Source of the DNA: Eledone cirrhosa
Lineage: Eukaryota
Direction: 5' to 3'
Assembly (NCBI GenBank): GCA_964016885.1
Contig: OZ024740.1
Coordinates: 186,682,001-186,746,000 of the forward strand
DNA: 64,000 bases
In this document: in pieces, positions 26,462 through 41,232 of the stretch
Layout of the letters: each line of letters begins with the position of its first letter
Numbering within the stretch: position 1 is the stretch's first letter
Position numbers and translations under genes: made by a program
Notes under the pieces: generated by a model
The model's input: only the letters and a program-made list of their open reading frames with translations
Told to the model about the DNA's origin: nothing
The model's database searches: none

Positions 26462-27133
26462 ACAAAGGAAAATTTTATTTGGTAAACTGTTTATGCACAA
26501 ACAAAACCCACTATTAAAGAAAACATAAAAAGGAAATAAAAAGAAGAAAAAGAAAAAAAGAATTAAACAACAAAAGAAAGGGAACAACAGGTGCTACACC
26601 CCAGCCTGAGCAATGGTTCAGCTGAACCCCTCAGACAAAATGGTAAGATATTAGATAATGAAGTCCTAGATACCATTAAAAAAGCAAAACAGTAATGTTT
26701 GGAATGCTTTTGATCATAGGTCAAAAGGTTCAAGGATTGTTTCCTATTCCCAGCATTGAGACAATTTGTAGCATTTATATTTAGAATTAAACAGACCATC
26801 TGAATGAAAGGCCACTTTATGGTCATTTGACATTCTAGAAATAACAGCTAAATGTCCCTTAAATCACATCCTACTGTCTTTAAAAAATGGAAGAACACAT
26901 TGGATAGCATGACTGAAAAAAATATATGATGGTCACTTTTGGAACACCTTTGATGATATATATAGTAAATTAAACTACAGAATAAACATATAGCATAACA
27001 GATTTCTGTAATGGATTTAAACACGCGTATAATCTTTCGCAAAGTATTTCATTGCAGATCTTCTACTATAACCTGAGGTTGACTAATGCCTTGTAAGTGA
27101 ATTTAGCAGGGAAAACCATATTGTGTGTGTTTG

Positions 27134-27171
<38 letters not shown>

Positions 27172-27631
27172 CCTCTCTCTCTCTCCTCTTTATCTCTTGC
27201 CTTTTCTCTCTTTCTCCATATGGATTTTTATATTGGCAGTATTTAAGCAAGTAATGTTGTTTGTTTATGTATTAAAGTTTAGCAGTTTGACAAAGTGTCA
27301 GTGATACATACAATACTTTAAAAATAAAGTGTGGGTTGATATTGGAATAGAAATCCAGCCATACAAAGAGTGCCTCAAAAAAGTCTCATTCAACTCATTC
27401 CAGCTTAGATAAGTGATTATAAAACGATGATATTGATGATGGTGATGTTTGAATATCACCACATGTTGCTTTTCATTAAATTTTGTCTTTTCCTTTTGTT
27501 ATTGTTTTTAAATTAATCACCAAGTTAATATTGCACCAGCAAAATGTGTGTGTATGTGCATCAGTGTGTGTATGTGCCTATGTGTGTACGTGTGTGTGAT
27601 GTATGTACTTGTATGTATGTACATAAGTGTA

Positions 27632-27666
<35 letters not shown>

Positions 27667-28236
27667 ATGGGTGTGTGTTTCTCTCTTTCTCACTGATATT
27701 GGAAAAGTGATAATAATAGAAATGTTTCCTAGAAGAAAGAAGATTGTAGAAATGTCTGGAAACATTGATACATTGCGAAAGTCCTATTCTTTTTACATCT
27801 ATTTCAGTAGTAGTCAAGGAATGACAATAAAAACAACGATAACAGTAGAGATTTTAATTCCTAGATAGAAAAGACAAACATTTTACAGGCCTTTGAAATA
27901 GGTGTGAAATTCCCCCCAGAAGCTAACACTGAGGAAATTACATTACAGTTAGGACTAAGTGACAGGAGAATTTAATAAAAATCTCTATATTTCATTTAGT
28001 TCAATTGGAACAAGATTATTTAGTTGTGGCATATAGTGCAATGATTGATTCATTCACAGTTAATGACATGAGTCTATGATTTCAGTCTTCAGTTTAACTT
28101 AACATGTTGTGTAATCAAACTGTTTTCTCTATATAATGATTTTGGTTCTCCATTTTAACATATATCATTTAAGGTTTCAATTTAACATAGGACTATTATT
28201 AAAACATACATAAAACTCTACTAAAATGTAAATCTG

Positions 28237-28295
<59 letters not shown>

Positions 28296-28452
28296 TCATC
28301 ATCGTCATCATCACTACTTTCATTGTTAAACATCCATTTTCCATGCTTGCATGGGTTAGAGAGGTTGTCACATTATGAGACAAGCCACATCATTTTCATA
28401 CAGATTTGTATTTTGACTTGGTTTTTATACCTGGATGCCCTTTTAATACCAA

Positions 28453-28521
<69 letters not shown>

Positions 28522-28714
28522 ACCATGGAAAAATAGACGTTAAACAGTAATGAGGACATATAAATATTGTGCATCTGAGAAGTAATAATATTATACCACT
28601 CTTATACACAAAAACAAATTCTCAAAGAGTAGCAGATGAAAAGTATCAGATGCTTTTGTTTGTTTCTCCTTCCATGTGCAACTTTGCTAACATTACACAC
28701 ACACACACACACAC

Positions 28715-28950
28715 AAACAGAAGGTCCGTCAGAAAAGTCTCAAAGCTTAGACAGGGAAAAAACTATGTACATACCTCTCATGCCCAGTGATCCACTGTTA
28801 TAGCACATATTGTATAGCTCTCAGCTCTGCCGTCATAGTTCACATGATATTATCGCAACTCTCAAAGAAGTCAGGAACCATATCTGGAGTGTACGTATCC
28901 TGGTAAATGAGTGAAACTCCTTTCTTTGCCAAAAAATACCTCGGATCAGC
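28715..28950 (-). pseudogene. mariner transposase remnant
   Basis: Minus strand reads FLAKKGVSLIYQDTYTPDMVPDF, resembling the mariner HPPYSPDLAPxDF motif; TIR-like GAAGGTCCGTCAGAAAAGT at ~28720. Confidence 0.55.
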
Positions 28951-28954
28951 CTTC

Positions 28955-29150
28955 TCTCTTGTATACTTCAACTGACTCTTCTTATATCCAGCTTTCCTCC
29001 AAAATCATCTGCACTCTGTTGATCATGCACAATAACATCACACATCGAATGTATCATACTTGCTTCATTTCTTTCCAATCGTTATAGATTTTTTTTTACA
29101 CTCAAAGCCCATATCTCACTACCATGCAAGTATTGTAGTCTTCCATTCAT
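28955..29150 (-). pseudogene. RTE fragment
   Basis: LHGSEIW and RLERNEASMI in reverse translation. Confidence 0.65.
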
Positions 29151-30603
29151 TCTGAGAGATAAACTTTTTGTATCTCCTTAAACATTAATGATGACGATAA
29201 TGATGATATATATATAGGTAGGACTAGATGTAATATATCTTCAACATATAATATTTTAGGGAATCCTTTTACCATTGAAAGAGAAGTAGAATATTTTTGG
29301 CATATAATAATTTAGACAGTCTATTTTACATAGAATTGGAAATAAAGTTGTTTACAACATAATGCCTCAGCTTGGTGACAGCCTACAGGCTAAAACTAGT
29401 TAAAGAGTAGAGAAAAAATTCGGATTTTCATTTAACATAACATCAGAAATTTAAATACTTACTACATACATCATTTAAAAGTTAAATTTAACATGGGAAG
29501 GATTTGAATTAAACATTTTCGGTATATAATAATTTAGGCCTTCAATATAATATACTGCTAGAAATAACATATTATCTCTCTGCATATATATATATATATA
29601 AATATACATACTCACACACATACATTCATATATATCTATATATATATACACACACACATATATATATATACATACATATATACATACACGCACACACTCA
29701 CACACATACATATATATATATATATCATATATGTGTGATGTTTTCGTCTTTCATGTAGCATATACATGGAATTCAAATGGCTTCTACGTATATAACTTAG
29801 AAGCTTGTAATAGAGTAGTTTAGGATTTTAAAATATTAATTGCTTCATTCAGGTTTTATATTCTCCTCTGTATGTTCATTTGCATACTCACCGATCATCT
29901 TCAAACATCACAGTTTTCACATAGGTATTCTAGTCTTCTTTTATTGGTCCCATGGCTTCAGCCCCACTTGAAGAGTTACAATAGCATTTCTTCATTTTGG
30001 ATTTATTTCATTCATTACAATCGTCATCATTTTGGGTCAACTTTATCAGTGCTTCAGCATGGAGGTGTGAGGATTTATGATCTTAATGCAATGGGTTGAG
30101 TGTTGTGTGTTTGAGTAAAACACTTCATTTCACATTGCACCAGTAAACTCAGCTGAAAAAGAATACCAGCAATAGCTGGGGGTTTAATCCAGTGATACAC
30201 TGGTGTCCTAACCAGGAGACAACTTTTACTCTCAGTTGGTTCATGCTATGGAAACTGGAATAAGCACCAGCATGATAAACCTCTGGGCTCAAGACAAGCT
30301 TTAGACATTTTATCAGTGCTGGCATGGTTTGGATTGCTTGTTTCTCAACAAATCAGCACTTCCATTAAAGCTACTAAACTCCATATTTACTAAGTACTAG
30401 GTGAATTTCAGTGTTCTCATAAAATATGAAATGGAAAGTAAATATTGACATAAGGGAAGACATTACAAGTTGGACATTATTACGGCCAGGTAGTTCTGTT
30501 CAAAGGTAATTATTTACCACACAGACATGCTTGCACCTATACACACATGCACATCTCACACTCTTCTTTTCTTTATATATATATATATGTTACATGTGTG
30601 TGC

Positions 30604-30654
<51 letters not shown>

Positions 30655-30899
30655 TATATATACCCACACACATATGTATATATATATATATATATGTGCG
30701 TGCATGTGTGTGGTGACTGGTGAGAAACTTAGCTGATGAAGGGCAGAGTGTTACGATGTGGGAGTTGTATGGAAGTGGGAGGGAAGAAGAAGTGGTGCAT
30801 ACTAGAGACCACAAATTGTTTGCTTCAGCCCATACGCATGGCCGGTCTTCTGCATTATTGCATAATACCAGAGAACTGAATCCTGTATCATTCTACTTC

Positions 30900-31342
30900 C
30901 ATAGCATCTGTCAACTTTAAGTACCCTGCACCTTCTTATACAGCTGTCGTCCTTCATACACATCACGTGTCCATACCATTACAATCTCCTCTCCTGCACA
31001 CTGCATCTGTTCTCTCTTATACCTAGTTTCTCTCTCAGTTCCTTACGCTCTGCCATTCATATATATTACTTATTAGACATCAATCAGAGAAGGCAAGCTT
31101 TATTTCTTACAAATCTTTGTAGGTCCTCTTCACAGAGCACTCAGGTCTCACTAACATGCAGCATTGCTGTTCGTATATATGCAACATACAATCTGCACTT
31201 CATTTTGAGGGGGAACTTTTTGTAGCTAGCAGCAGTAGTAGCTCCCTAAAAATGTTTGCTTTTATTCTTATTCTGGCTACTGTACTTATGGAACACCAAT
31301 CTCCACTGCTAATTTGGTCACCCAGGTAACAGAAGCTATCAT
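30900..31342 (-). pseudogene. RTE fragment
   Basis: DSFCYLGDQISSG..STVARIRI..FRELLLLLATK; downstream WYGHVM remnant. Confidence 0.8.
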
Positions 31343-31364
31343 ATATATATATACCTATATACAT

Positions 31365-31406
<42 letters not shown>

Positions 31407-32279
31407 TATAGAAAGAGAATAAAAATTGAAAAGACTTTTCATAAATAACAGATTTGTCTCTATGTTTCTAGAAAAAAAAAGATATCTGTAAGAATTATTG
31501 TTTACCAACCAAAAATAATGGTGCTCATACGAAGAATCAACAGTTAGAAAAAATATTCTTAATAAGAAAGAAAACCTTAAGAAAAGATTATTAAAAAATA
31601 TATAGAGAAAGAAATGTGTGAGACTTTTTAACTGCCTTGACAAAGAAATAAAACTGAACAATAGAATGTGAGCAAAAAGGAAAATATTTTTTCTTTGTTT
31701 TTCCATTTATATATTTTATTTGTATATATCTATATATATTTCTCCCCCCCCCCCTATCTCTCTCTTTCTCTTTATATATATATATATATATAATGTTTTC
31801 TTATATATATTTATATTTATATATATATAATGTTTTCTTCATTTTATATATATGTATATCATATTTTCTTCATGTTATATTCTGAAGAATCAAAAGAACT
31901 GTTTAGTTTAGAAAAAGTGTGCCCTATTCAATGGTTGAAGTGTGAAATAGGAATAAGTGAATAAATATATAAATAGAAATTATATATGAATGGTTAGTGG
32001 TTGTTTTTAACCACTAAGTCACCCTCATAGATTAGACCTATAATTTAAGGCTGTCCAGCCATGACCATTGTATCAGTTATTCATATGCCTAGCATCCAGG
32101 ACAACATAATGTAATATGCCTTCTCCTTACTTTTAAATTAGTTGGGTATAGTTCCAGCCAGATCAAATGGAGATGGTTGCTTCTGACAGGAGCCCCCTGG
32201 AAGGAGTGTTTTGTGGTCTCTGCCCCTCATAACCCTCTTATGGAGGAGGAGGGGAAGAGCAAGAGGTGGTGGCAGATGA

Positions 32280-32396
32280 GAAGAAAAAGAAGAAGAAGAA
32301 GAAGAAGAAGAAGAACAACAACAACAACGAGGAGGAGGAGGAGGAGGAGGAGGAGGAGGAGGAGGAGGAGGATAATAATAATAATAATAATAATAA

Positions 32397-32427
<31 letters not shown>
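32280..32427. repeat. Compound triplet microsatellite (AGA/ACA/GGA/ATA/AGA)
   Basis: Direct reading. Confidence 0.95.
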
Positions 32428-32428
<1 letters not shown>

Positions 32429-32974
32429 GGGATGTTAAAAGATGATTTTACTGCTTCTTCTAGAGGTTCTACCATTAAGCTTATAATTGTTGCTGTGTAG
32501 CTGTAGTTCAGCCCTGACTAGCCTTCCACTTAGGCATTGTGTTTCTATGACTACATTATCCCATGTGTCTTACCTTTATCAAGATGGTATGGTGTGATTT
32601 AAACAAGATTCAGTTGCCATTTCTAGCAGAGAGGCAGAGCTACAACATCAAGATTCCTTCATTAGTTTATACTTGTTGTTGCTGAGCCCTAAGTCATCTC
32701 CAAGTAACACCCAGGCACTGTATATGTAGGTTTACATAATTCAATGTGTTATTTACCCAACTCAATTAAGATGATACAATATGATTTGATGGAGATTTAG
32801 TTGCTATTTCTAGCACGTCGTTCGACTACATAGGATCATATAATTGTGATGATAGGTAAAGTAATCTTCCAAAACCAAGAAGCTATCAATCAGACATTAG
32901 TAAGATACATATGTCATATTGCAATAACAAAACAATGGTTTAAATTCACAAAAGGTATTGGCAGTACTGGTTGA

Positions 32975-33144
32975 CTAAGGAAGACCTGGGCAGAGGTGAT
33001 GAGAGCTGATCTCAAATTGATGAGACTCACAGAGGAGATGAAAAAGAATCACGACAAGTGGAGAGATATTGTGCTGGAAAAGATCCGTCCAACCTATGCA
33101 AGCACAGAAAAATGGACTTGAAAATGATGATGATGATGATGATT
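32975..33144 (+). mobile_element. RTE extreme 3' end
   Basis: AGGAAGACCTGG (RKTW) to (GAT)n tail; similar to 10575-10743. Confidence 0.75.
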
Positions 33145-33406
33145 GTTGAGTTTGAAAAAGAAGGCAATACAGAATGAGCACATGAAAGAAAAAAGTGTAA
33201 AATGTGAAGAACTCAAGGTATCATGTGAGGAAAGAGAATGAGATGGTCCCAGTAGAGAATAGAATATGTATATCTTGCTCAATCTATTATGTCCTACCTG
33301 ACTGGCATTGAACTAGGGATGGATGGAATTGATTCTTTCTAATTAATTTTGATTAATTTAAATTCTATATTCATCTCTCCTGCCTTTCATTAACAGAGTT
33401 TAGTTG

Positions 33407-33906
33407 ATAACACTTTTGATACCAACCTGCCCTACGCCACCCCTGGTTCTAGGAAACAAAACCACCCATTTGAAAGGGTTTCTTTTTGCTTTGAAATGAT
33501 TGACAAGACCCCAGACCACATTCGCTTACCAAGTGGGGTGGAACTAATCAAATCAGACCAAGGGAATAATGTTTATGTTGGTCTTTCCATTGCTGATACT
33601 ATCTACCAGTTGCTATGCCTGGCAACATGAAACAAAGTCTCATGCTGAAGGACATAATGCACTGCTCGGTCTAGGAATCGAACTCACAACTTCACGATTG
33701 TGAATCCAAATCTGTAATCATTAAGTCATGCTCATGCTATGGGTTCCTATTTAAATTAAATGTTGTAGTAGAATTCTATATATGAACTATATGTTAAATT
33801 ATTATCTTAGTAATAAAATAACTAATAATTTTATTTAAACCTTCTCAAATATTTCATGAATTACTTGAGTGTATTTTATTAAAAATATACGGTCATCAAA
33901 GGGTTA
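33407..33906. mobile_element. piggyBac-like MITE with nested SINE (33480-33735, -)
   Basis: ATAACACTTTTGATACC ... CATCAAAGGGTTAA ends; similar left end at 21596; nested SINE matches 53835-54078 reversed. Confidence 0.55.
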
Positions 33907-34199
33907 AGATGATGATTAATTCATCTCACTGTAGGGGTAATTAAAATATCCAGGCCCTCATTAATGCGTGATCAATTATAATAGAGGCATAAATCACATA
34001 ACTCTCATTTGATACTTGGGATTTCTACCTGTCTGGAAAAAAGGTTAAATATCTAAATGATTGAAATGAGTTGTTCTTTATTAGATAAATATTTTTTTCT
34101 GGATTATTGCACTATTTTAGAGATGAAAAAGATTTTCACAATGTTTACACCTAAGCTACGTTTTGATCTGTTTGATCTCCATTTTGTGTAAAAGTCACT

Positions 34200-34450
34200 A
34201 AAGTCTGCTTGAAGCCCAGAGGCTCATCAGGTCGGTGCTCAACCCAGTTTCCATTATGTGAAGTGACTGAGAGTACAAGACTTCTGCCTGGACAAGACAC
34301 CAGTTCATTGCAGGGTTAAACCCCCAGCTATTGCTGGTACTCATTTTCAGCTGAGTATGCTGAAACAACATGAAATGAAATGTTTTGCTCATGAACACAA
34401 CACAGAATCCAGAAATCAAACCCATGACATTATGGTCCGGTCCCATGCTT
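34200..34450 (-). mobile_element. tRNA-derived SINE family B
   Basis: Reverse complement similar to 30097-30300. Confidence 0.7.
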
Positions 34451-35810
34451 CCTCTTTATTTCATAACTAAAGTAAATAATTTTCATATCTACTGATGCCT
34501 GAATCAGTGATCAGGTAGATAAAGTGTTTTTCCCTCCGGGTTCAAATCTAATCTAATACAATATGCAGAAAGAGAACAACAGCTCACAATTTAATAACAA
34601 AGAGTTTGGAGTGTAGTGTAGATGTAAATATTCTATTTATTTCATTTAAATGTCTATATAAAGTACTCTATGATAGAGTAAAAAAAGATACATATCATAC
34701 CCATTTAATAAAGTTCAGCAGAATACAAAAATAAATAAACATATAAAATAAACATTGAAATGTTTTTACTCTTGTATATTTTGGTTGCGTTTCTGAATTG
34801 AAAGATCTTATTAATGGTTGGTAGAACCTTGAAAATGAATTGTATCTTTAACAGTGGAAATCTTTTGAAAACTAACTTTAATATTTTATCTCTCTCAATC
34901 TGATAATTTTACATTGAGAAATATATAATGCTGTAAAATTTATGAATAGTCTTCATAAGAACATAAAGGCGATTCCATCTGACCTGATAGTGATAGTATA
35001 TAATTTGGAGGGCTATGACCCGTATATAGCCAACAAAATCTTTATATATTTGTATTGTTCAGTAACTGATAAGTATTTATAAGATGATAAATCTGGGTGA
35101 GATAATGGTGGATTAAAGTTTGATAGTTTATATATCGATTCCTCCAAATATTTTTCCAACCATGGTTGATTGTGTTTACTAAATGATTTCACTTGGTATG
35201 TAGTCTATATCTATTATTTCTTCATGCCCATCCCCTATTTTTTGCTGCTTCAGCTTTCTTGTTTCCTATCATATCTATATCAAATGATATCCAAAATCGT
35301 ATTTATTTTTAAATATATAATTTTCTACTTTTAGCTGAATACTTTCAGTCATTTTAATTCTCATTTGTAGCTATTTTATTTCATTTGTGTGGCTAAAAAA
35401 GACATTTTGATAATGATTAAGAACTTGGAGGGATTTAGGAATACAAGTGACTTTCTTATTAAGCGGTGTTTGGAACATAACACATTTTCTTATAAAAAAT
35501 TATAATGAAGGTTTTTAGATAAATATAAAGAATCTAGAATAAACAGCTCAGCATGATAGAACCAAGGACTGTTTCATGTAGTTTGGTACCAAGAGGGTTA
35601 ACAATAGTTCTTACAAAATATTATGTGGAAGGTTTTTAGATAAATATAAAGCATTTAAATTAAACAGCTTTGCATTATAGAACCAGGAGTGGTTTCATGT
35701 TGTTTAATATCAAATGGGTTAAAACATTATATATATGCTTCCCTAAAGAAAGTAATTAGAAATTACTTCAGGATATCTTTTCATATTATATGAGCCATAG
35801 CAAGTCTCAC

Positions 35811-36110
35811 CAGGAAGGAGGTGTTTTAATCTTAATCTTTATGGAGCACAAGGATCTTTCAGACTGGTATTCAACTTTAGTTTTCATAGTAGACCGAAAC
35901 CTGTGATGGGGCGAGAGAAGAGCAAGATGATCTTCAGAGAAAGAACTCTCATCAAGCAATTGTTTTGACTGTTCATTCATTATTATTCTTGACACTTGCT
36001 GCTTTTCTCCTCCAGCAAGGTATGAACTTGGCGCATTCCAGTGATCTTGTTACTCATTCCTATGGTTTACACCATTCAACCATGAAAACCATTGGTAGAT
36101 CACATCACAT
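35811..36110 (-). other. Candidate first coding exon of an unidentified host gene
   Basis: Acceptor tttctgtttaaatag, donor CTG|gtgaga, non-repetitive balanced composition; MNEQSKQLLDESSFSEDHLALLSPHHRFRSTMKTKVEYQSERSLCSIKIKIKTPPS runs open to the donor. Confidence 0.3.
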
Positions 36111-36196
36111 CTATTTAAACAGAAACATCCTATCATAACACTAAGCAGATCAGAAGTAAGTCCTCCTCTGAATAGTATGCTAGTCTTTTCCATATA

Positions 36197-36370
36197 TAAT
36201 TGTTTCTACTTTTGGCACAAGACCAGCAATTACCCAGTACATTTACTGGTACTTTATTTTATCGACCCTGCAAGGATGAATGGCAAAGTTAACCTTGGCG
36301 GGATTTGAACTCAGATCGTAAAGGGACGCAATTATGCTGGAAAGCATGTCCGAACCTCTACCAATATTGC
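36197..36370 (-). mobile_element. SINE family A copy
   Basis: Reverse complement of 1275-1452. Confidence 0.85.
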
Positions 36371-37612
36371 CCTTTTCAGTTGTTGTTTCACCGCCCTTTT
36401 CAGTTGTCGTTTACATTAATGAGGTTTTACATGGTCGTTCAAACTGATAAAAATAGCATCAAAATCTTCTTTAAATCATACCTTACTGTCTTAAAATCAT
36501 CATCATCATTGATTTTAAACTTGCTTTTCCATGCTGACATGGGTAGAATGTGATATTTTGATACAGTGTTTTATGGCTGGATGCACTTTTAGTAACCACC
36601 TATAACACAGAAGGATATGGTGTGTTTATTATAAAATGATAATTTATGCCTGGAAAAACAAATTGCAGGATTGTCATAGTTTAAATGACATTGATCATAG
36701 ATCTGCATGATCAGAGACAAAAAACAAAACAAAAAAAAAACAACAGAACAGATTAGTCTGAATCACTGAGAGGTAGATACTTTGTTTACCCAACACAATC
36801 CGAATCTCATGACAAGATTTAAATGGGCTTGACTGACATTTCATACAGGTTGTTTAGTAATATCCTGTCAACTCAGTATGCTGCACTTTAAAGAAAAGAC
36901 ACATATTACAGTGACAAATTACATGAAACCTCCATAAGTATATTAATCTCAATTCCTTTTTTCACTATATACACATGCTTTTACTAGCTAATAATTGAAT
37001 TGCCAGACTAGTAGGTATTACCGAGATGAAATTTATTCCAATTACCATCAGATCTACTTTTAGTTTAAAACCGTGGAGACACATTTTCTGAGCACTGTCA
37101 TCTTTTATATTGAAGGAAATTGAAAACAAAAATCCAATGAAAAACTAAACATACTTGACAAGCAATAATAATAGCTGATGTTTTGATCAGAAAGTTATAT
37201 ATATATGATATTGAAATATATCAATAAGTCTTCAGACAACATTTCATATATAGAATAACTTTTTGTTTGTTTTCATTTTCATTGTTTTTGTTCATCTTTA
37301 TTCAGACTTATTTTTTCATATCTGCCAGTCATATAACCCTTACAATTAACTTTATGTCTATAGAATTAAAAACACAAACAAATCATGATATTCTTATGAT
37401 ATGTGTGTACATGTGATTGTATATATATATATACATACACATGTGGGTTTGAGTGTACAAATAAAAAAAAAATGACACTATGCATGAACTAGAATTTGTT
37501 TGTTCAAAGGTGATGTGAATAAACACATATCTGTGAAAAATTTGGGGTAGTAACAGAATGAATCCTGAGATTTATAGATAACTATACATATGTATACACA
37601 CACACACACACA

Positions 37613-37666
<54 letters not shown>

Positions 37667-40156
37667 GGTTTTACATAAAATAGACAAATGTAAGAGCATG
37701 TCTCTTTCTGAGTTAATATGGCAGCTTAAATATAAAATATAGATCACTCTGTGTCATGGTTGCCAATCAAAACAAGCACATACCTACATATGACAGTTGG
37801 ATTTATAGCAATCGATGGGATCTTTGTATAACCAAAGCCATAGAGATTATTGGAGATGGGTCCTAATTTCCTGGAGAACTGACTTCTTCCTTAATTGACC
37901 CTACAAATAATTTAAAATGTTAATACTCTATAGAGAGTATTGGTTGTTAGACACAACTATAATACTATAGCCCTTAACCATACTAATACTAAAATGCCTA
38001 TACATAAAATGTTTAGATTGATAACTTAATGTATATACTTGAATCCAAATATAAGTTGACTCCCTATTTTATGTCTGAGAAATGGACAAAGATCCAAAGC
38101 CCATTTATAAGCCAAGCCAGTTAATCAACACATTATGTTTAGATGAAGCAATTTGAAATTCTCATGAGTGGAGAATATATGTATGAAGTTTTAATATTTT
38201 GATATTTAAAATGTTTTAAGTGTCTTTTAGAGTATAGATTTTTTGATTTTGTTTACTAATTTGTTGACGTTTTGAAGCCCATCTTCATTCAAAACACATA
38301 AAAATAGGAAATATGAATTTCCTCTCCAAAGTAAAACCAGTTTAATATTCACCTCCAAAATAAAACAGGTGTAATATTCATCTCCAAAGCGAAAATATTT
38401 TAGTGTCTCATTTACAAAGAATTTGCAGTTGGTGAAAATCAGCAAATATAAGCCCCCCCCCCCCCCCCCCCCCCCCACACACACCACCACCACCACTACC
38501 CTCCCACACACACACCCCATTTTACCAGCAATTTTTTTATCACATATTTCTGGATTCAAACACGTCAAATAGCAGCATATTACATCCCCAGATTTTTCCA
38601 AAAGGAACTATTTCCGGATTTAAATTGCTAGGACTCACAATTTCACGACTGCACCCTTAATCATCATTATACCCTGAAATTGGCATGCTTATTATTCACA
38701 TATCTAACCAACTCTCAGGCTTATTCATACATTTACCTGTTGATAAAGACTAAAGACTTCTGAAATGTATAATCTTCATGCTCCAATCCCTGATTTCTAC
38801 TGTTACTTCTATTTACAATTTACACACCATAACTACTGTGCATCTCAATAAAAACAATAGGTGTGAACATCCATATGTAACATCCATTTTTACTCTTGCA
38901 TTTACAGTTGCATTTGTTTATAACCTATACTCCTGCTTCAAATAGTTTACTCCTCACTTATACTCCTCACATTTACTCTGTATATCTTATCCTTAATCTA
39001 TTAAACACTTCACAAGCACTCTATATTTTTACACATTTTCTTATCTTATACTACATATCTTTCACTCATAACCAAATAAACTGATTAACCAATTCTTCCC
39101 ACCACAGCATGTACAGTTTAGTTACAAACTGACTAAAACACCACCACCCACATTGTTTATATCATGATGTTGTCAGAATGATGTAGAATGATGTAGCAAA
39201 ACATTTCTAGATTCAACTTTTTAATTCCAAGCTGGATAACTCATACTACTTCATTTTTGTTACCTCTCCAACACAGGCCATGGAAAAAAGCACAAGTCAA
39301 GAAGAAATGCTCTAACTAACCATTAAACTACAACAGATATTTTATTATATTTCATTATTATTATTTTTAGATGTGAATAAAGAAATTCCAAGTCATCCTG
39401 CCCATTGTTAATTGTAAGTGGAATCTTACAAAGACACCAAATAGGAACACTTAGACAGCATGCAGATTACTGAACTCAGGAACACTCTTCAATGATATCT
39501 ACAGAATCTACAATAATAAAACTAACAAAAGAAAAATACTTTCCATTAATTGTTATAATGCAACATGAGAATGCATAAAAATACAAAAATACAGTATAAT
39601 GGTTTTATTACCAGTGGTGGTGGTGGTGATGGGGGTGTGGGGGGGGTGTGGGGGGGCTTAAGAAATAGTCAAAAGAACATGACAGTAAATAAACCCATGG
39701 ATTAAGATAAGGTTGAAATGCATTGACTACTGATAAACTAGAATGAACCAAGAACTGCTACATTCTAAACATGCCCACTAACATATAGAGAGAAATTGAA
39801 TGACACTGTCACAACAGAGCATATGCTGACTGAATGTTTGGTGAGCAACAACCCATGGCCCATAGTCAGCATATCACATACATTACCATATATGGTAATA
39901 GATGTTACCATATATGTAATAAACATTATTACATGTATTACCATATACATTATTTGACATTATTGCATGCATTACCATACACATTATCATATACATTATC
40001 ATTGACTACTCTCTGCTCATGACATAGTAGACTTAGTATTCTTTGTCTAATGCCTCTTAAATGTGCATAACAGACTTTTTATAATAAACTAATGTATGGA
40101 ACTATAGAATCATCTCTTCATATTTACTTAAATTTTTTCAAGAAAAGGCAGGTCTG

Positions 40157-40192
<36 letters not shown>

Positions 40193-40194
<2 letters not shown>

Positions 40195-41232
40195 GTAGGA
40201 GGGGAGTTTTATTGTAGTACAATAAAGCAATGCAAATATTGGATAAGTAGCACTCTACAGTTTGTAGGACTGGAGTATAAATAATATAAGATCAAAAGAT
40301 GGTTAAAAGAGTTCCAAGTATTTTATTATGTGCATTTCAAAAACAAATTTTGATGTTAGATTTTTCTTCCTTAAATTCCTTATTAATCCTTCCATGCTCG
40401 TTTGACTTTTACACATTACAATACATAAAAACAAACTTAAACCCTAACTAATTTCTTTTAATATATTATATTATTACCATTAGAAAATATTTCGTAAACA
40501 TATATATTTTTTGATGTTAGATATTTTCTTCCTTAAACATTCTTTTCTTCATTGCTTTCTGCGCTCATTTTTAAACAAACATACACATATTACGCACACA
40601 TATTACATTACATAAAAACAAACTTAAACCCTAACTAATTCCTCTAAATTCATAACTCATTCATTCTTCTACTTCTTTTCCCATTATATCCTTAATGACA
40701 TTACTATTTTTATTTTAATAATACATATTAATAATTTCTTTTCCTCGCACATATTATTAAACCCTTCAATATACAAACCTTAATTTAATATTATTCTTAA
40801 TCCCTTTTTCTCTTCATGCATAAACCTCATTAACTTTTAATTTCAAGTTCTTTTAAATTATCCAACGGCTTTTTAACTTCTCTCTGTGAGACAATATATT
40901 TATTTTCTCAGTTGTAAAGGCTATCTGTCTCTCATCTCTCCTCCTCTCTCATCCTTCCTTCTTATACTCCTCTCCCACCATTCTTTACTCTCATCTCCTC
41001 CTCTTCCTTACCTTTTCCACCCCACCCCCCTCACTTTTTCCCAATCTCAAATTATTTTTCATATGTTGATTTAAAACTTCACTATTCACAAGTGTTTTTT
41101 AAGCTTCATATCATGTATCCCTATTTTATCTGATGAAAACGCAGATATCATCCCATGATGATATTTGTTTTTGAAATGCGCATAATAAAATACTTGGAAC
41201 TCTTTTAACCATCTTTTGATCTTATATTATAT
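40193..41232 (+). mobile_element. Non-coding Penelope-like 3' UTR/pLTR copy with inverted short arm
   Basis: 40600-41232 matches reverse complement of 63025-63655; 40193-40350 is an inverted copy of the element tail; both ends abut (TA)n. Confidence 0.9.
41122..41192 (+). ncRNA. Type I minimal hammerhead ribozyme
   Basis: Stem I TATTTTAT/ATAAAATA, core CTGATGA, stem II with 15 of 16 pairs, GAAA, palindromic TGCGCA stem III, AUA triplet (cut predicted after 41184). Confidence 0.85.

Noticed and set aside
36003-36026. Plus-strand acceptor followed by a donor 4 nt later
   Set aside because: Implies a 4-nt exon with no supporting context; better explained as the antisense of purine-rich sequence
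40436-40640. Telomere-like AACCCTAAC in PLE UTR
   Set aside because: Single units within a local duplication, not an array; not conserved in the 63630 copy
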